Positions 1-8,592 of a stretch of 32,000 nucleotides of DNA are shown piece after piece; within the stretch, counting starts at the first letter, position 1; each line of letters starts with the position of its first letter. A program made the translations under genes and the position numbers. The stretch is taken from the NCBI RefSeq assembly GCF_000195755.1, contig NC_002937.3, forward strand, positions 3,120,001 through 3,152,000. Direction: 5' to 3'. Below the pieces are notes generated by a model. That model was not told the DNA's origin, searched no databases, and saw only the letters and a list, made by a program, of their open reading frames with translations. Origin of the DNA: Nitratidesulfovibrio vulgaris str. Hildenborough (lineage in GTDB: Bacteria > Desulfobacterota > Desulfovibrionia > Desulfovibrionales > Desulfovibrionaceae).

Positions 1-893
1 TCGGTCCCGAAGAACTCGCGGCGGAGAAGGCGCGTCTCGGCAGTGTGCTGCTGGCCTTTCCCAAGCATTCGTGCCACTGGACGCAGGCCATCTACGACAT
101 CGACGCCTTCTGCCACACGTTGCGCCGCACAGGGCGCGACTTCGACACCGTGCTGGTGTGCCTCTACTGGAAGGACGTATTGCAGGGCACGGCCCGCGCC
201 TTCATGGAACGCGGCTTCCGCTGCGTGACGGCAGGGCACATGTACAGCCCCTATTTCCTCAACAGGCTGCGGGCCATCATCGAGGTCGCCGACGCGGGCA
301 TCGCCAACTTCTTCTCCTCGGCCCTCGGGTACTGCGTCCACCTTGGCAGGCCGTTCCGCATCGCCATGCAGGACATGGAGTTCGTCACCCCCGACGCCGC
401 CATGCAGACGCATCGCGAGCACATCTTCAGCACTTCGTCCGGGTCGTGGGAGGCAGACATCGCGGAGGCCTTCAAGGGTGCCCCCATCACCATCACCCCG
501 CACCAGCGGCAACTGGTCGATACCATGTGGGGCAGCGCGCATGTCCGTGATGCGGCGACCCTGCGGCGCATCCTCGACCTGTGCGCGGCCATGCGCACCT
601 CGGGGGCATCCGTCGCCGCCAGCGACTGCATCGCCGCCGACATGGCCGCCCTGTGCATGGTCGAAGAACGCCCCGACGACGCGCTGCTGTTGCTCGAGGG
701 CGTACTGCACCGTGAGACGCCGCCGGCACGCGCCCTCGCCACACTGGCAGAGGCCCACCTCGCCCTCGGGGCCACGGAACGCGCCCTCGACGCGGCCCGA
801 CGCCTCGCCCGTAGCGCACCGGACGATGCCCGCCTCGCGGGGCTTCTGCAACGCATAGCCACCCGCACGGGTGCCTCGACGGTAGCACCATGA
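1..893 (+). CDS. hypothetical protein, 5'-truncated at window edge; C-terminal TPR-like helical repeats
   Basis: The frame starting at nt 3 is open from the window edge (GPEELAAEKARLGSVLLAFPKH...). The Met at 45 in the ORF track is therefore probably internal. The C-terminus (ALLLLEGVLHRE..ATLAEAHLALGATERALDAARRLARSAPDDA) looks TPR-like. The stop overlaps the next start (ATGA at 890-893). I recognise no catalytic motif. Confidence 0.6.
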   Translation, partial: GPEELAAEKARLGSVLLAFPKHSCHWTQAIYDIDAFCHTLRRTGRDFDTVLVCLYWKDVLQGTARAFMERGFRCVTAGHMYSPYFLNRLRAIIEVADAGIANFFSSALGYCVHLGRPFRIAMQDMEFVTPDAAMQTHREHIFSTSSGSWEADIAEAFKGAPITITPHQRQLVDTMWGSAHVRDAATLRRILDLCAAMRTSGASVAASDCIAADMAALCMVEERPDDALLLLEGVLHRETPPARALATLAEAHLALGATERALDAARRLARSAPDDARLAGLLQRIATRTGASTVAP

Positions 894-1966
894 CCGCGAC
901 ACCAGATTGCATGTCCGATACGCCTTCGCCGCTTGCCCCCGCAGGAGGGCGTGCCGCCATCATCGCCGAAGTGGGACTCAACCACGGTGGCGACGCCGAC
1001 CTCGCATGGGAGATGATCGAAAGCGCGTGGGAACACGGGGCCGACCTCGTCAAACTCCAGTCGTTCGCCCCCGGCGGGCTGCTGCACCCCTCGCTGCCCT
1101 ACGCCGCAAGCATGGAGGGCATGATGCTCTCGCTGCGGCAGCACGAGGCCCTCTTCGAACGGGCGCGGCGTCAGGGCATCGCCCTCATCACCACCCCCTT
1201 CGACGCGCCCACGCTCGACCTTTGCACCCGCTTCCGCATCGCCGCCGTCAAGGTGGCTTCCATGGACCTCGACAACACGGCGCACCTGCGTGCCGTGGCG
1301 CGCACGGGCCTGCCGGTCATCCTCTCGTGCGGCATGGGCGACCACGCCGATATCGGCAAGGCCCTCGCCACATTGCGCGAGTCCGGCGCGACCGACGTCA
1401 CGCTGCTGCACTGCATCTCCGACTATCCCGCAAGGCTCGAGGACATGCAGCTTGCCGAGATGCCGCGACTGGCGGCCCGCTTCGGCGTGCCCGTGGGCCT
1501 GTCCGACCACAGCCTCGGCCTCGAAGCCTCGCGCATGGCGCTGGCACTGGGGGCGAGGGTCATCGAACGCCACTTCACCACCGACCCGGCACTGATGGAA
1601 CGCATCCCCGATGCCGACCACGACATTTCGATCACCCCGGCACAGTTGCGTGAACTGCGCCTCGCCGCGGAACGCACCGCCCTCGCCCTCGGCGGGGCCG
1701 AACGCGTGCTCGCCCCGCAAGAGAGCGCAGGACGCACGGCATCGCGCCGGGGTCTCTACGCCCGCACCCGCCTCGCCGCAGGGCATATCCTGCGTGCCGA
1801 GGACGTGACGGCCCTGCGCCCCGTGGCGGCATTGCCCGCATCGGCGCTGGACGCCGTGCTGGGCAGGCCCTGCCCCTGCGACCTTGCCCCGCTGGCACCC
1901 ATTCCCGCGTCCATGCTGCCCAGCCACGAAGAAGCCGTAACAGACGACAAGGAAGGTGCCGCATGA
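890..1966 (+). CDS. neuB: NeuB-family nonulosonic (sialic/legionaminic/pseudaminic) acid synthase, 358 aa
   Basis: Has the N-terminal NeuB signature IIAEVGLNHGGDADLAWEMIESAWEHGADLVKLQSF. Also has HC(I)SDYP and SDHS motifs and a C-terminal SAF-like domain (LYARTRLAAGHILRAEDVTALRP). The ATG overlaps the upstream stop. The sugar substrate cannot be assigned from sequence alone. Confidence 0.85.
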   Translation: MTATPDCMSDTPSPLAPAGGRAAIIAEVGLNHGGDADLAWEMIESAWEHGADLVKLQSFAPGGLLHPSLPYAASMEGMMLSLRQHEALFERARRQGIALITTPFDAPTLDLCTRFRIAAVKVASMDLDNTAHLRAVARTGLPVILSCGMGDHADIGKALATLRESGATDVTLLHCISDYPARLEDMQLAEMPRLAARFGVPVGLSDHSLGLEASRMALALGARVIERHFTTDPALMERIPDADHDISITPAQLRELRLAAERTALALGGAERVLAPQESAGRTASRRGLYARTRLAAGHILRAEDVTALRPVAALPASALDAVLGRPCPCDLAPLAPIPASMLPSHEEAVTDDKEGAA

Positions 1967-2946
1967 CGCCGCAACCTCTTCCCCGCGTGGTCAACCTCGA
2001 ACTGACCAACCGTTGCGACATGGGCTGCGTCTTCTGCGACCATGCCGCCATGCGCGGCACCATGCGCATGGGCGACATGCCGCCGGAGAGACTCGACGCC
2101 ATCGTCGACCAGCTTCTCGACGCCCTCGCGGGCCGCAGATTGCCCGAGATAGGCATGGTGGGCCTCGGCGAACCCATGCTGAACCGCCACCTCGAGACGC
2201 ACCTTGCAAGCCTCGCCCGCATCGCCCCGCACTGCGACAGGGTGACCTTCAACTCCAACCTCGTGCATCTCGACGACGCCAAGGCCCGCCTCATGCTGGG
2301 TTCCGTCGCCACGGCATGCACCTTCTCGGTGAACGCCCCCGACCGCGAACACTACCGGCGCATCATGGGACGCGACCTCTTCGAACGGGTGCTCGCCAAC
2401 CTCACGGGCTTTCTCGAAGTGCGCCGGCGGCTGCGCCCCGACTTCCCGGTGGGTGTGCAAATCATGGAACAGCAGGGCGGCGAGGTGCAGAAACTCACAG
2501 CGCGCATCCCCGCCGACCTGTGCGAGGGCGTCTCGTTCTTCGTGCGCAGACTCTACAGCAAGCCCGCGCTGGTCGACCATGTGGCGCACAGCGACACCCC
2601 CGACGTGCGCCCCTTCGACGTGACCGAAGCCCGCTATCCCTGTTACGAGTTGTACAGCAAGGTCTACATCGACATCGACGGCAACCTGTATCCCTGCACC
2701 ATCGGCAACGACTGCCACAGGGCGGGCAGCGGGCTGCACATCGGCAATGTGGACGAGACCCCGGTCGGCGCGCTCTTCAACGGCGCAGCACTCGCCGCGG
2801 CACGCGCAAGGGCCGAGGCCGACGCGCTGCCCTTTCCCGAATGTGCGGCCTGCAACATATGGGCACTCACCCCCAACAACTTCGAACGCACGCACGAAGG
2901 CCGCTGGACCCTGCGCCCCGACCACAGGCGGGCCTTCGGCCTCTGA
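1963..2946 (+). CDS. radical SAM enzyme with C-terminal SPASM/twitch-like Cys cluster, 327 aa
   Basis: CxxxCxxC motif near the N-terminus (NRCDMGCVFCDH). C-terminal Cys-rich region (YPCYE..GNLYPCTIGNDC..PECAACNIW). SD AAGGAAGG lies upstream, and ATGA overlaps the neuB-like stop. Confidence 0.85.
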   Translation: MTPQPLPRVVNLELTNRCDMGCVFCDHAAMRGTMRMGDMPPERLDAIVDQLLDALAGRRLPEIGMVGLGEPMLNRHLETHLASLARIAPHCDRVTFNSNLVHLDDAKARLMLGSVATACTFSVNAPDREHYRRIMGRDLFERVLANLTGFLEVRRRLRPDFPVGVQIMEQQGGEVQKLTARIPADLCEGVSFFVRRLYSKPALVDHVAHSDTPDVRPFDVTEARYPCYELYSKVYIDIDGNLYPCTIGNDCHRAGSGLHIGNVDETPVGALFNGAALAAARARAEADALPFPECAACNIWALTPNNFERTHEGRWTLRPDHRRAFGL

Positions 2947-2955
2947 GGTGGCACC

Positions 2956-4134
2956 ATGAGCTTCACTCCCGCATCCGCATTCATCCCCTTCTCTCCGCCG
3001 CAGATAGGCCCGGAAGAGGAGCACGAACTTCTCGAGGCCCTGCGCAGCGGCTGGATAACCACCGGCCCCCGCGTGCGCGCCTTCGAAGCCGCCACAGCAG
3101 CCGTGGCGGGCGCGACCCACGGCGTGGCCACGTTCTCGTGCACCGACGCCATGCTTGTGGCTTTGGCCGCCTTCGGGGTCGGCCCCGGCGACGAGGTGAT
3201 AACCACCCCGTACACCTTCATCTCCACGGCGCAGGTCATCCTGCATCGCGGGGCGCGCCCCGTGTTCGTGGATGTGGACCCGCGCACCTTCAACATCGAC
3301 CCCGCCCGCATCGAGGCCGCCATCACCCCGCGCACGAGGGGCATCATGCCCGTGCACTTCGCGGGGCAGGTGTGCGACATGGACGCCATCCTCGCCATCG
3401 CCCGCAGGCACGGTCTCTTCGTCATCGAGGATGCCGCCCACGCCTTCGGCGCCACCCACAACGGGCACCCCGTGGGCACACTGGGCGACGTGGCGTGCTT
3501 CAGCTTCTACGCCACCAAGAACATCACCACGGCCGAAGGCGGCATGGCCGTCACCAGCGATGCCGACCTCGCACAGCGTATGCGGGTGCTCTCCATGTAC
3601 GGCATCAGCGACGCACGCGAGATATGGCAGAAGCGCTACACCCGCGCGGGCAACATCCACTATGACGTGCAGGAGCTCGGCTACAAGTGCAACATGACCG
3701 ACCTGTGTGCCGCGCTGGGGCTGGTGCAGCTGCGCCGCATGGACGCCATCGCCGCCGCCCGCCGCAGCTACGCCGCCATCTACGACGAGGCGTTCGCCGA
3801 CCTGCCCGTGACGACGCCCCATGTCGCCCCCTACGCGGGGCACGCATGGCACCTCTACCCGCTGCGGCTCGACCTTGACCGCATCAGCCTCTCACGCGAC
3901 GAGGTCATCCTGCGCCTCAAGGAATGCAACGTGGGAACGAGCGTCATGTTCACGCCGTTGCACCTCTTCTCGTACTTCCAGCGCGAGATGGGGTTCAACG
4001 AAGGCGACTTCCCCGTGGCCGAAGACCTCTTCTCGCGCGTGGTATGTCTGCCCATGTCGCCCGCCCTCGGTGAAGAGCGCATCCGCAAGGTGGCCGAGAC
4101 CGTGGCGCACGTCGTCACCGAAGGCGCGAGGTAG
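2956..4134 (+). CDS. DegT/DnrJ/EryC1/StrS-family PLP-dependent sugar aminotransferase, 392 aa
   Basis: Family-typical motifs: LEALRSGWITTGPRV, DEVITTPYTFISTA, IMPVHFAGQ.CDMD, FVIEDAAHAFG, and the PLP-lysine region FSFYATKNITTAEGGM. SD GAGGTGG lies upstream. Confidence 0.9.
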   Translation: MSFTPASAFIPFSPPQIGPEEEHELLEALRSGWITTGPRVRAFEAATAAVAGATHGVATFSCTDAMLVALAAFGVGPGDEVITTPYTFISTAQVILHRGARPVFVDVDPRTFNIDPARIEAAITPRTRGIMPVHFAGQVCDMDAILAIARRHGLFVIEDAAHAFGATHNGHPVGTLGDVACFSFYATKNITTAEGGMAVTSDADLAQRMRVLSMYGISDAREIWQKRYTRAGNIHYDVQELGYKCNMTDLCAALGLVQLRRMDAIAAARRSYAAIYDEAFADLPVTTPHVAPYAGHAWHLYPLRLDLDRISLSRDEVILRLKECNVGTSVMFTPLHLFSYFQREMGFNEGDFPVAEDLFSRVVCLPMSPALGEERIRKVAETVAHVVTEGAR

Positions 4135-4138
4135 CACC

Positions 4139-4933
4139 GTGCGCGCCATGTTGCTTCAGCCCTTCTACTTTCCGTGGGCGGGCATGTTCGACATGATGTC
4201 GCGCTGCGACCTCTTCGTGTTCTACGATGACGCGCAATTCGTCCGGGGCAGCTGGCAGAGTCGCAACCGCATCCTCTCGCCGCAGGGGGTGAAGTGGCTT
4301 TCCGTGGCCATCGACAGGTCGGGACATGTGGGCACCGCCATCCGCGACATGCGCGTCAACGACCGTGAAGGCTGGCGGACGAAGCACCTCAACCAGCTGC
4401 GCGAGGCATACCGCAAGACCCCCCACTTCGACCTCGTGTACCCGGAGGTGGAGACGCTGCTGGCGCAGGACTCGGACAGGCTTGTGGACTTCTCCACCGG
4501 CAGCGTGCTGCTGTGTGCGCGGCTGCTTGGCATCGCAACGCCCGTAGCCTGCGCTTCGACCTTCGATGTCGGGCCGTGCCGGGGCGAAGAGAAGGTCATC
4601 GCCCTCATGCGCGCGGCAGGGGCAGACTGCTATTACGACGGTGCCAGCGGCGTGGAACTCTACGCACCCGAACGGTTCGCCGCCGCGGGGCTGGCATTGC
4701 GCTTCCATGCCTATGAGCACCCCGTCTACGAACAGGGTGACAGCCTGCGTGAGCATGCGGCCCTTGCGAAGGCTGGAAGCGCTGCCGCGCCGGACGTACA
4801 GGGCACGCCGGACACGACGGGCACAGGCGGCGCACGTCCCTTCACGCCCTACCTTTCCGTACTCGACCTGCTCTTCCGCACCGGGCCGCAAGCGCTGGAC
4901 ATCCTGCGTTCCGGCAACCGCGAGGTCGCCTGA
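4139..4933 (+). CDS. WbqC-family protein (polysaccharide-cluster protein of unknown biochemistry), about 264 aa
   Basis: N-terminus (V/M)RAMLLQPFYFPWAGMFDMMSRCDLFVFYDDAQF..SWQSRNRI is the typical WbqC start. The GTG at 4139 has GAGG 7 nt upstream. The alternative ATG at 4148 has no SD. The ORF-track extension back to 3821 overlaps the aminotransferase and is rejected. Confidence 0.8.
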   Translation: MRAMLLQPFYFPWAGMFDMMSRCDLFVFYDDAQFVRGSWQSRNRILSPQGVKWLSVAIDRSGHVGTAIRDMRVNDREGWRTKHLNQLREAYRKTPHFDLVYPEVETLLAQDSDRLVDFSTGSVLLCARLLGIATPVACASTFDVGPCRGEEKVIALMRAAGADCYYDGASGVELYAPERFAAAGLALRFHAYEHPVYEQGDSLREHAALAKAGSAAAPDVQGTPDTTGTGGARPFTPYLSVLDLLFRTGPQALDILRSGNREVA

Positions 4934-4961
4934 CCACACAGCATCGACAGGAAGTCGAACC

Positions 4962-6833
4962 ATGCCCTATCTCGTCGCCGTCCTCGTCTCCGCCCTCTAC
5001 TATCTCGCCAAACGCAGCGCGTGGGGCGAGAGCATGTACCCGCATGAGGGGTACCACGCCTATTTCCGTTTCCCCTTCGGTCGGCACCCTCTCCGCTACT
5101 ATGCGCTTGATGGCGGCAGTGCGCCCAACGCCCTTGCCAACCTCTTCTTCTCCACCGCCTACGCACACGGGAGGGACAGGGGCAACCGCGCCTACGACAT
5201 CACGCTAGTGTTGACAGGCGTCTGCCTCTTCGGCATCACGCTGGCCCTCACGGGCGACGCCCGCATCGCCGCGGCGACCCTCACCGTCTACCACCTGCTG
5301 AACCTCGCGCCCCTCGCCACCCTGTCGTTCTGCAACGCCGAGACCGTCGTCAACTTCATGACAGCGCTGGGCACGCTGGTGACACTGTGCGGGATGCAGG
5401 CAGACATGCCGGCCATTTCCCTCGTCGGGGCGTTCATCGCCACGCTGGGCTTTCAGGCCAAGGCATGCACCTTCGACCACCTGTGGCCCCTCGCCTGCGC
5501 ACTCGTCCTGCCCGTGCCCGCGCAACACGCATGGATGGCACTGGCGGGCACGGCGGCAGGACATGCCCTGTACGGCATCCTCGTCATCGTGGCATCGGGC
5601 CGGGGGGTCTTCCACCGCCTGCGCGCCCTGCTGGGGCTGCATCGCCGCAACGCGGCCCAGCGCAACGACGGGTTCGCCTATCGCACCATGCTACGCGACT
5701 TCGCCTTCTACCTGTTCGAGCATCTGCGGGTGGTGCTTCCCTTCACCCCCTTCCTGCCGCTGTACTTCATGGCGCACGGGCCGGACGCACGCCTGCCGTG
5801 GCTGATGCTCGCCCTTTTCACCCTGTCGGCACTCCACATGCTGGTGCGGGGCGTCTTCGCCATCCAGTACGGCGTACTCACGCACTTTCCGCTGGCCTTC
5901 GCCACCGCCGCCTGCCTTGTCCCGCATGGCGGCGACATGCTGTCCCACCCCTTCGCCACCGCCGCCATCCTCCTCACCGGGCTATGGTTTTCCGTCCATG
6001 GATACCGCGACAACGCCCAGAATCACCTCGGCGAATGGCGTACTGCCACGTTCTTCGTGCGACGCTTCATCATCGACTACCTGAAACCGCGCCTCGAACC
6101 GGGCGACCACATCTTCCAGGACGGGCATTTCACCGCCCTGTATGTGGAGACGGGGGCGCCCGGCCCCATCCCTGAACTCGTGTGGGCCGTCCATGCCCGC
6201 AACAACGCCCTGTGGGATGAAGGCCACCGCAGGGCCTTCAACGCCTTCTTCCGCGAGACACGCCCCCGCTGGCTGGTGCTCTTCGCCGACCAGCTGAACC
6301 TCGACGCGCTGGAGAGGGCCTACGGCCTGCGCTACCGCCTCGAGTCCGCACGATTCACCCGCATCTACAGGCTTGCCGAGACCGTGCCCCCCGAGGCGGC
6401 CGAGGACTTCGACCCGCGCACCCTCTACTCCGGCCCCGGCGCACGTCATGCGTCGGACATCGACGCCCTGGAGAAGAGGGCCGCGTTCCTGACCGCACGG
6501 GCGCAGCAACGCCTCGCGGAAGGCCGGACGGAGGTCGCCGCGGAGATGCTGCGCGACGTATGGGAGAGTGCGGGGCACCTGCCGGGGACGGGGGTTGCCT
6601 ACGCCCTCGCACTGGAAGCGGCAGGCGATGCCGGTGGCGCGGTGCAGGTGCTGCGCGACGACCTGCTGCTGCACCCCGAAGGAGGGGCGGCCCCCCACCT
6701 TGAAAGGCTGGTTCCCGCAGTCGTGCCGCAAGGGTCGATAGCCCGCCTGCACCGGGCACTGCTTCCCAGTATCCTCGCGGCGGACTGCTATTTGCATAAA
6801 AAAGGGAAGGCCGCCGTCAACGCCACCCGCTGA
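4962..6833 (+). CDS. polytopic inner-membrane protein (about 10-11 TM segments) with roughly 270-aa C-terminal soluble, TPR-like domain; possible GT-C-type glycosyltransferase or polymerase
   Basis: ATG at 4962 is preceded by AGGAAG. Hydrophobic segments run from MPYLVAVLVSALYYL through AILLTGLWFSV. The hydrophilic C-terminal part ends in helical repeats (AEMLRDVWESAG..YALALEAAGDAGGAVQVL). The upstream part of ORF 4566.. is out-of-context Arg/Pro-rich sequence. Function is inferred from topology and neighbours only. Confidence 0.7.
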   Translation: MPYLVAVLVSALYYLAKRSAWGESMYPHEGYHAYFRFPFGRHPLRYYALDGGSAPNALANLFFSTAYAHGRDRGNRAYDITLVLTGVCLFGITLALTGDARIAAATLTVYHLLNLAPLATLSFCNAETVVNFMTALGTLVTLCGMQADMPAISLVGAFIATLGFQAKACTFDHLWPLACALVLPVPAQHAWMALAGTAAGHALYGILVIVASGRGVFHRLRALLGLHRRNAAQRNDGFAYRTMLRDFAFYLFEHLRVVLPFTPFLPLYFMAHGPDARLPWLMLALFTLSALHMLVRGVFAIQYGVLTHFPLAFATAACLVPHGGDMLSHPFATAAILLTGLWFSVHGYRDNAQNHLGEWRTATFFVRRFIIDYLKPRLEPGDHIFQDGHFTALYVETGAPGPIPELVWAVHARNNALWDEGHRRAFNAFFRETRPRWLVLFADQLNLDALERAYGLRYRLESARFTRIYRLAETVPPEAAEDFDPRTLYSGPGARHASDIDALEKRAAFLTARAQQRLAEGRTEVAAEMLRDVWESAGHLPGTGVAYALALEAAGDAGGAVQVLRDDLLLHPEGGAAPHLERLVPAVVPQGSIARLHRALLPSILAADCYLHKKGKAAVNATR

Positions 6834-6885
6834 CGGTACGGGAAGGCACGTCAGGAACGACACCAAGCACGCAAGGAAGCACCGT

Positions 6886-8592
6886 ATGCCGCCCACCGAC
6901 GAACACCATACCCCCCTCTCGCTGGCAGAGGACATCGCACGAGAACAGCAGAACCCCACCCTGCGGGCTGCCGTCCTGCATCTGCGCCTCGGTGAGACGG
7001 AACAGGCGCGCAGGCTGCTTGAAGAGGCCACAGCCAAATCGCCGCGCAACGGGGCCATACCGCTGGTCATGGCCCTGCACCTTGCCGCCTCGGGCGACGG
7101 CGAAGGTGCCGACACATGGTTCCGCAAGGCCCTCGCCGCCGAACCAGACCAGCCCGAGGCCCTGCGCGCCTACGGTCTCTTCCTGCTGGGGCAGGACGCC
7201 ACGGTACGTGGCCTGCGCCTGCTGCGCATGGCGGCTGAACTTGCGCCGCAATCGCTGGCCATCGGCCTCGAATGCGCCGGTGCGGCCATCATGTGCGGCG
7301 AGTACCACACCGCCCGCGACATGAGTCGCCGCATTCTCTCGGCATCTCCCGGCCACCCGCTGGCGTTGCGCAACCTCGGTGTCGCCCTCGCCGGACTCGG
7401 CGAGAAGGCAGAGGCCACGGATATACGCCGGCGTCTGCACGAAGCGGGGCACGAGGCCGAGGCCCAAGACCTCGACACCGTGCTGGCGCGCATGGAACAG
7501 GACATCCCGCCCGGTTCGCCACTGCCGGGCGACGAGGCCCTGCACCTTGCCTTCGCCTCGCGCAGCTTCGACATCTCGCCCTTCAGGATGCTGCCGTGCG
7601 AGCATGGACGCGACGACGGCCCGGTGGCCCTTTCCGTCATCGTCCCCATCAAGAACGAGGTGGAGAACCTGCCCATCCTGCACCGCGAGGTAGCGCAGGC
7701 ACTGCACGACCTCAAGCAGCCGTGGGAACTCATCCTCGTGGATGACGGCAGCACCGACGGCAGCATCGAAGTGATGGAGGGCATCGCCGCCGCCGACCCG
7801 CGCGTGACCATCATCGTCTTCCGCCGCAACTACGGACAGACGGCGGCCCTCAGCGCGGGCTTCAAGCTGGCGCGTGGCGAAGTGGTGGTGACGCTGGACG
7901 GCGACCTGCAGAACGACCCCGCCGACATCCCCATGCTGCTGGAGGTCATGGCCGAGGGCAACGACATGGTGTGCGGCTGGCGCCGCGACCGCAAGGACAA
8001 GATGGTCACCCGGCGCATCCCCTCCATGGCCGCCAACTGGATCATCAACAAGCTCATCGCGGGCACGGGTGTGCAGTTGCACGACTTCGGCTGTTCGCTC
8101 AAGGCGTACAAGCTCAACATCGTCAAGAACATCAACCTGTACGGAGAGATGCACCGCTTCATCCCGGTGTTCGCGGCATGGCTTGGCGTCCGCATCGCCG
8201 AGGTGGAGGTCAACCACCGCCCCCGCACCCACGGCGTCACCAAGTACAATCTCTCGCGGGTATGGCGCGTCATCTTCGACCTGCTGCCGCTGCGCTTCTT
8301 CTCGGACTACATGACGCGGCCCATCCATTTCTTCGGCAAGATAGCCAACTACATGGTGGCCCTCGGGCTGGGCGGCATCGCCCTGACCACCCTGCTGGCG
8401 AAACTCTTCGGCATGCCGGGTGAGACGCTCACCTTCTGCCTCATGGTGGAGGTGCTGCTCATCGGCGGTCTGCTCATCCTGTGTCAGGGACTCATCGGCG
8501 AGGTGCTCATCCGCACCTACTTCGAGGCGCAGGGCAAGCGGCAGTTCGTCATCGAACGCATCATACGGAACGGCGACACATGTGCGGAATAG
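6886..8592 (+). CDS. TPR-repeat domain fused to GT2 polyprenyl-phosphate glycosyltransferase (GtrB/ArnC/DPM1-like), 568 aa
   Basis: The N-terminal ~230 aa carry TPR-like repeats (e.g. ADTWFRKALAAEPDQPEALRAYGLFLL). The GT2 core has LSVIVPIKNE, ILVDDGSTDGS, FRRNYGQTAAL, TLDGDLQNDP, DFGCSLKAY, GEMHRFIP and H.PR.HG.TKY motifs. Two C-terminal TM helices are typical of GtrB/ArnC. SD AAGGAAG lies 6 nt upstream. Confidence 0.88.
   Translation: MPPTDEHHTPLSLAEDIAREQQNPTLRAAVLHLRLGETEQARRLLEEATAKSPRNGAIPLVMALHLAASGDGEGADTWFRKALAAEPDQPEALRAYGLFLLGQDATVRGLRLLRMAAELAPQSLAIGLECAGAAIMCGEYHTARDMSRRILSASPGHPLALRNLGVALAGLGEKAEATDIRRRLHEAGHEAEAQDLDTVLARMEQDIPPGSPLPGDEALHLAFASRSFDISPFRMLPCEHGRDDGPVALSVIVPIKNEVENLPILHREVAQALHDLKQPWELILVDDGSTDGSIEVMEGIAAADPRVTIIVFRRNYGQTAALSAGFKLARGEVVVTLDGDLQNDPADIPMLLEVMAEGNDMVCGWRRDRKDKMVTRRIPSMAANWIINKLIAGTGVQLHDFGCSLKAYKLNIVKNINLYGEMHRFIPVFAAWLGVRIAEVEVNHRPRTHGVTKYNLSRVWRVIFDLLPLRFFSDYMTRPIHFFGKIANYMVALGLGGIALTTLLAKLFGMPGETLTFCLMVEVLLIGGLLILCQGLIGEVLIRTYFEAQGKRQFVIERIIRNGDTCAE

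Noticed and set aside
251-3852. 558-aa (251-1927) and 698-aa (1756-3852) - strand ORFs
   Set aside because: They are antisense to the NeuB-like, radical SAM and DegT genes, all of which have family signatures. The antisense translations have no recognisable motifs.
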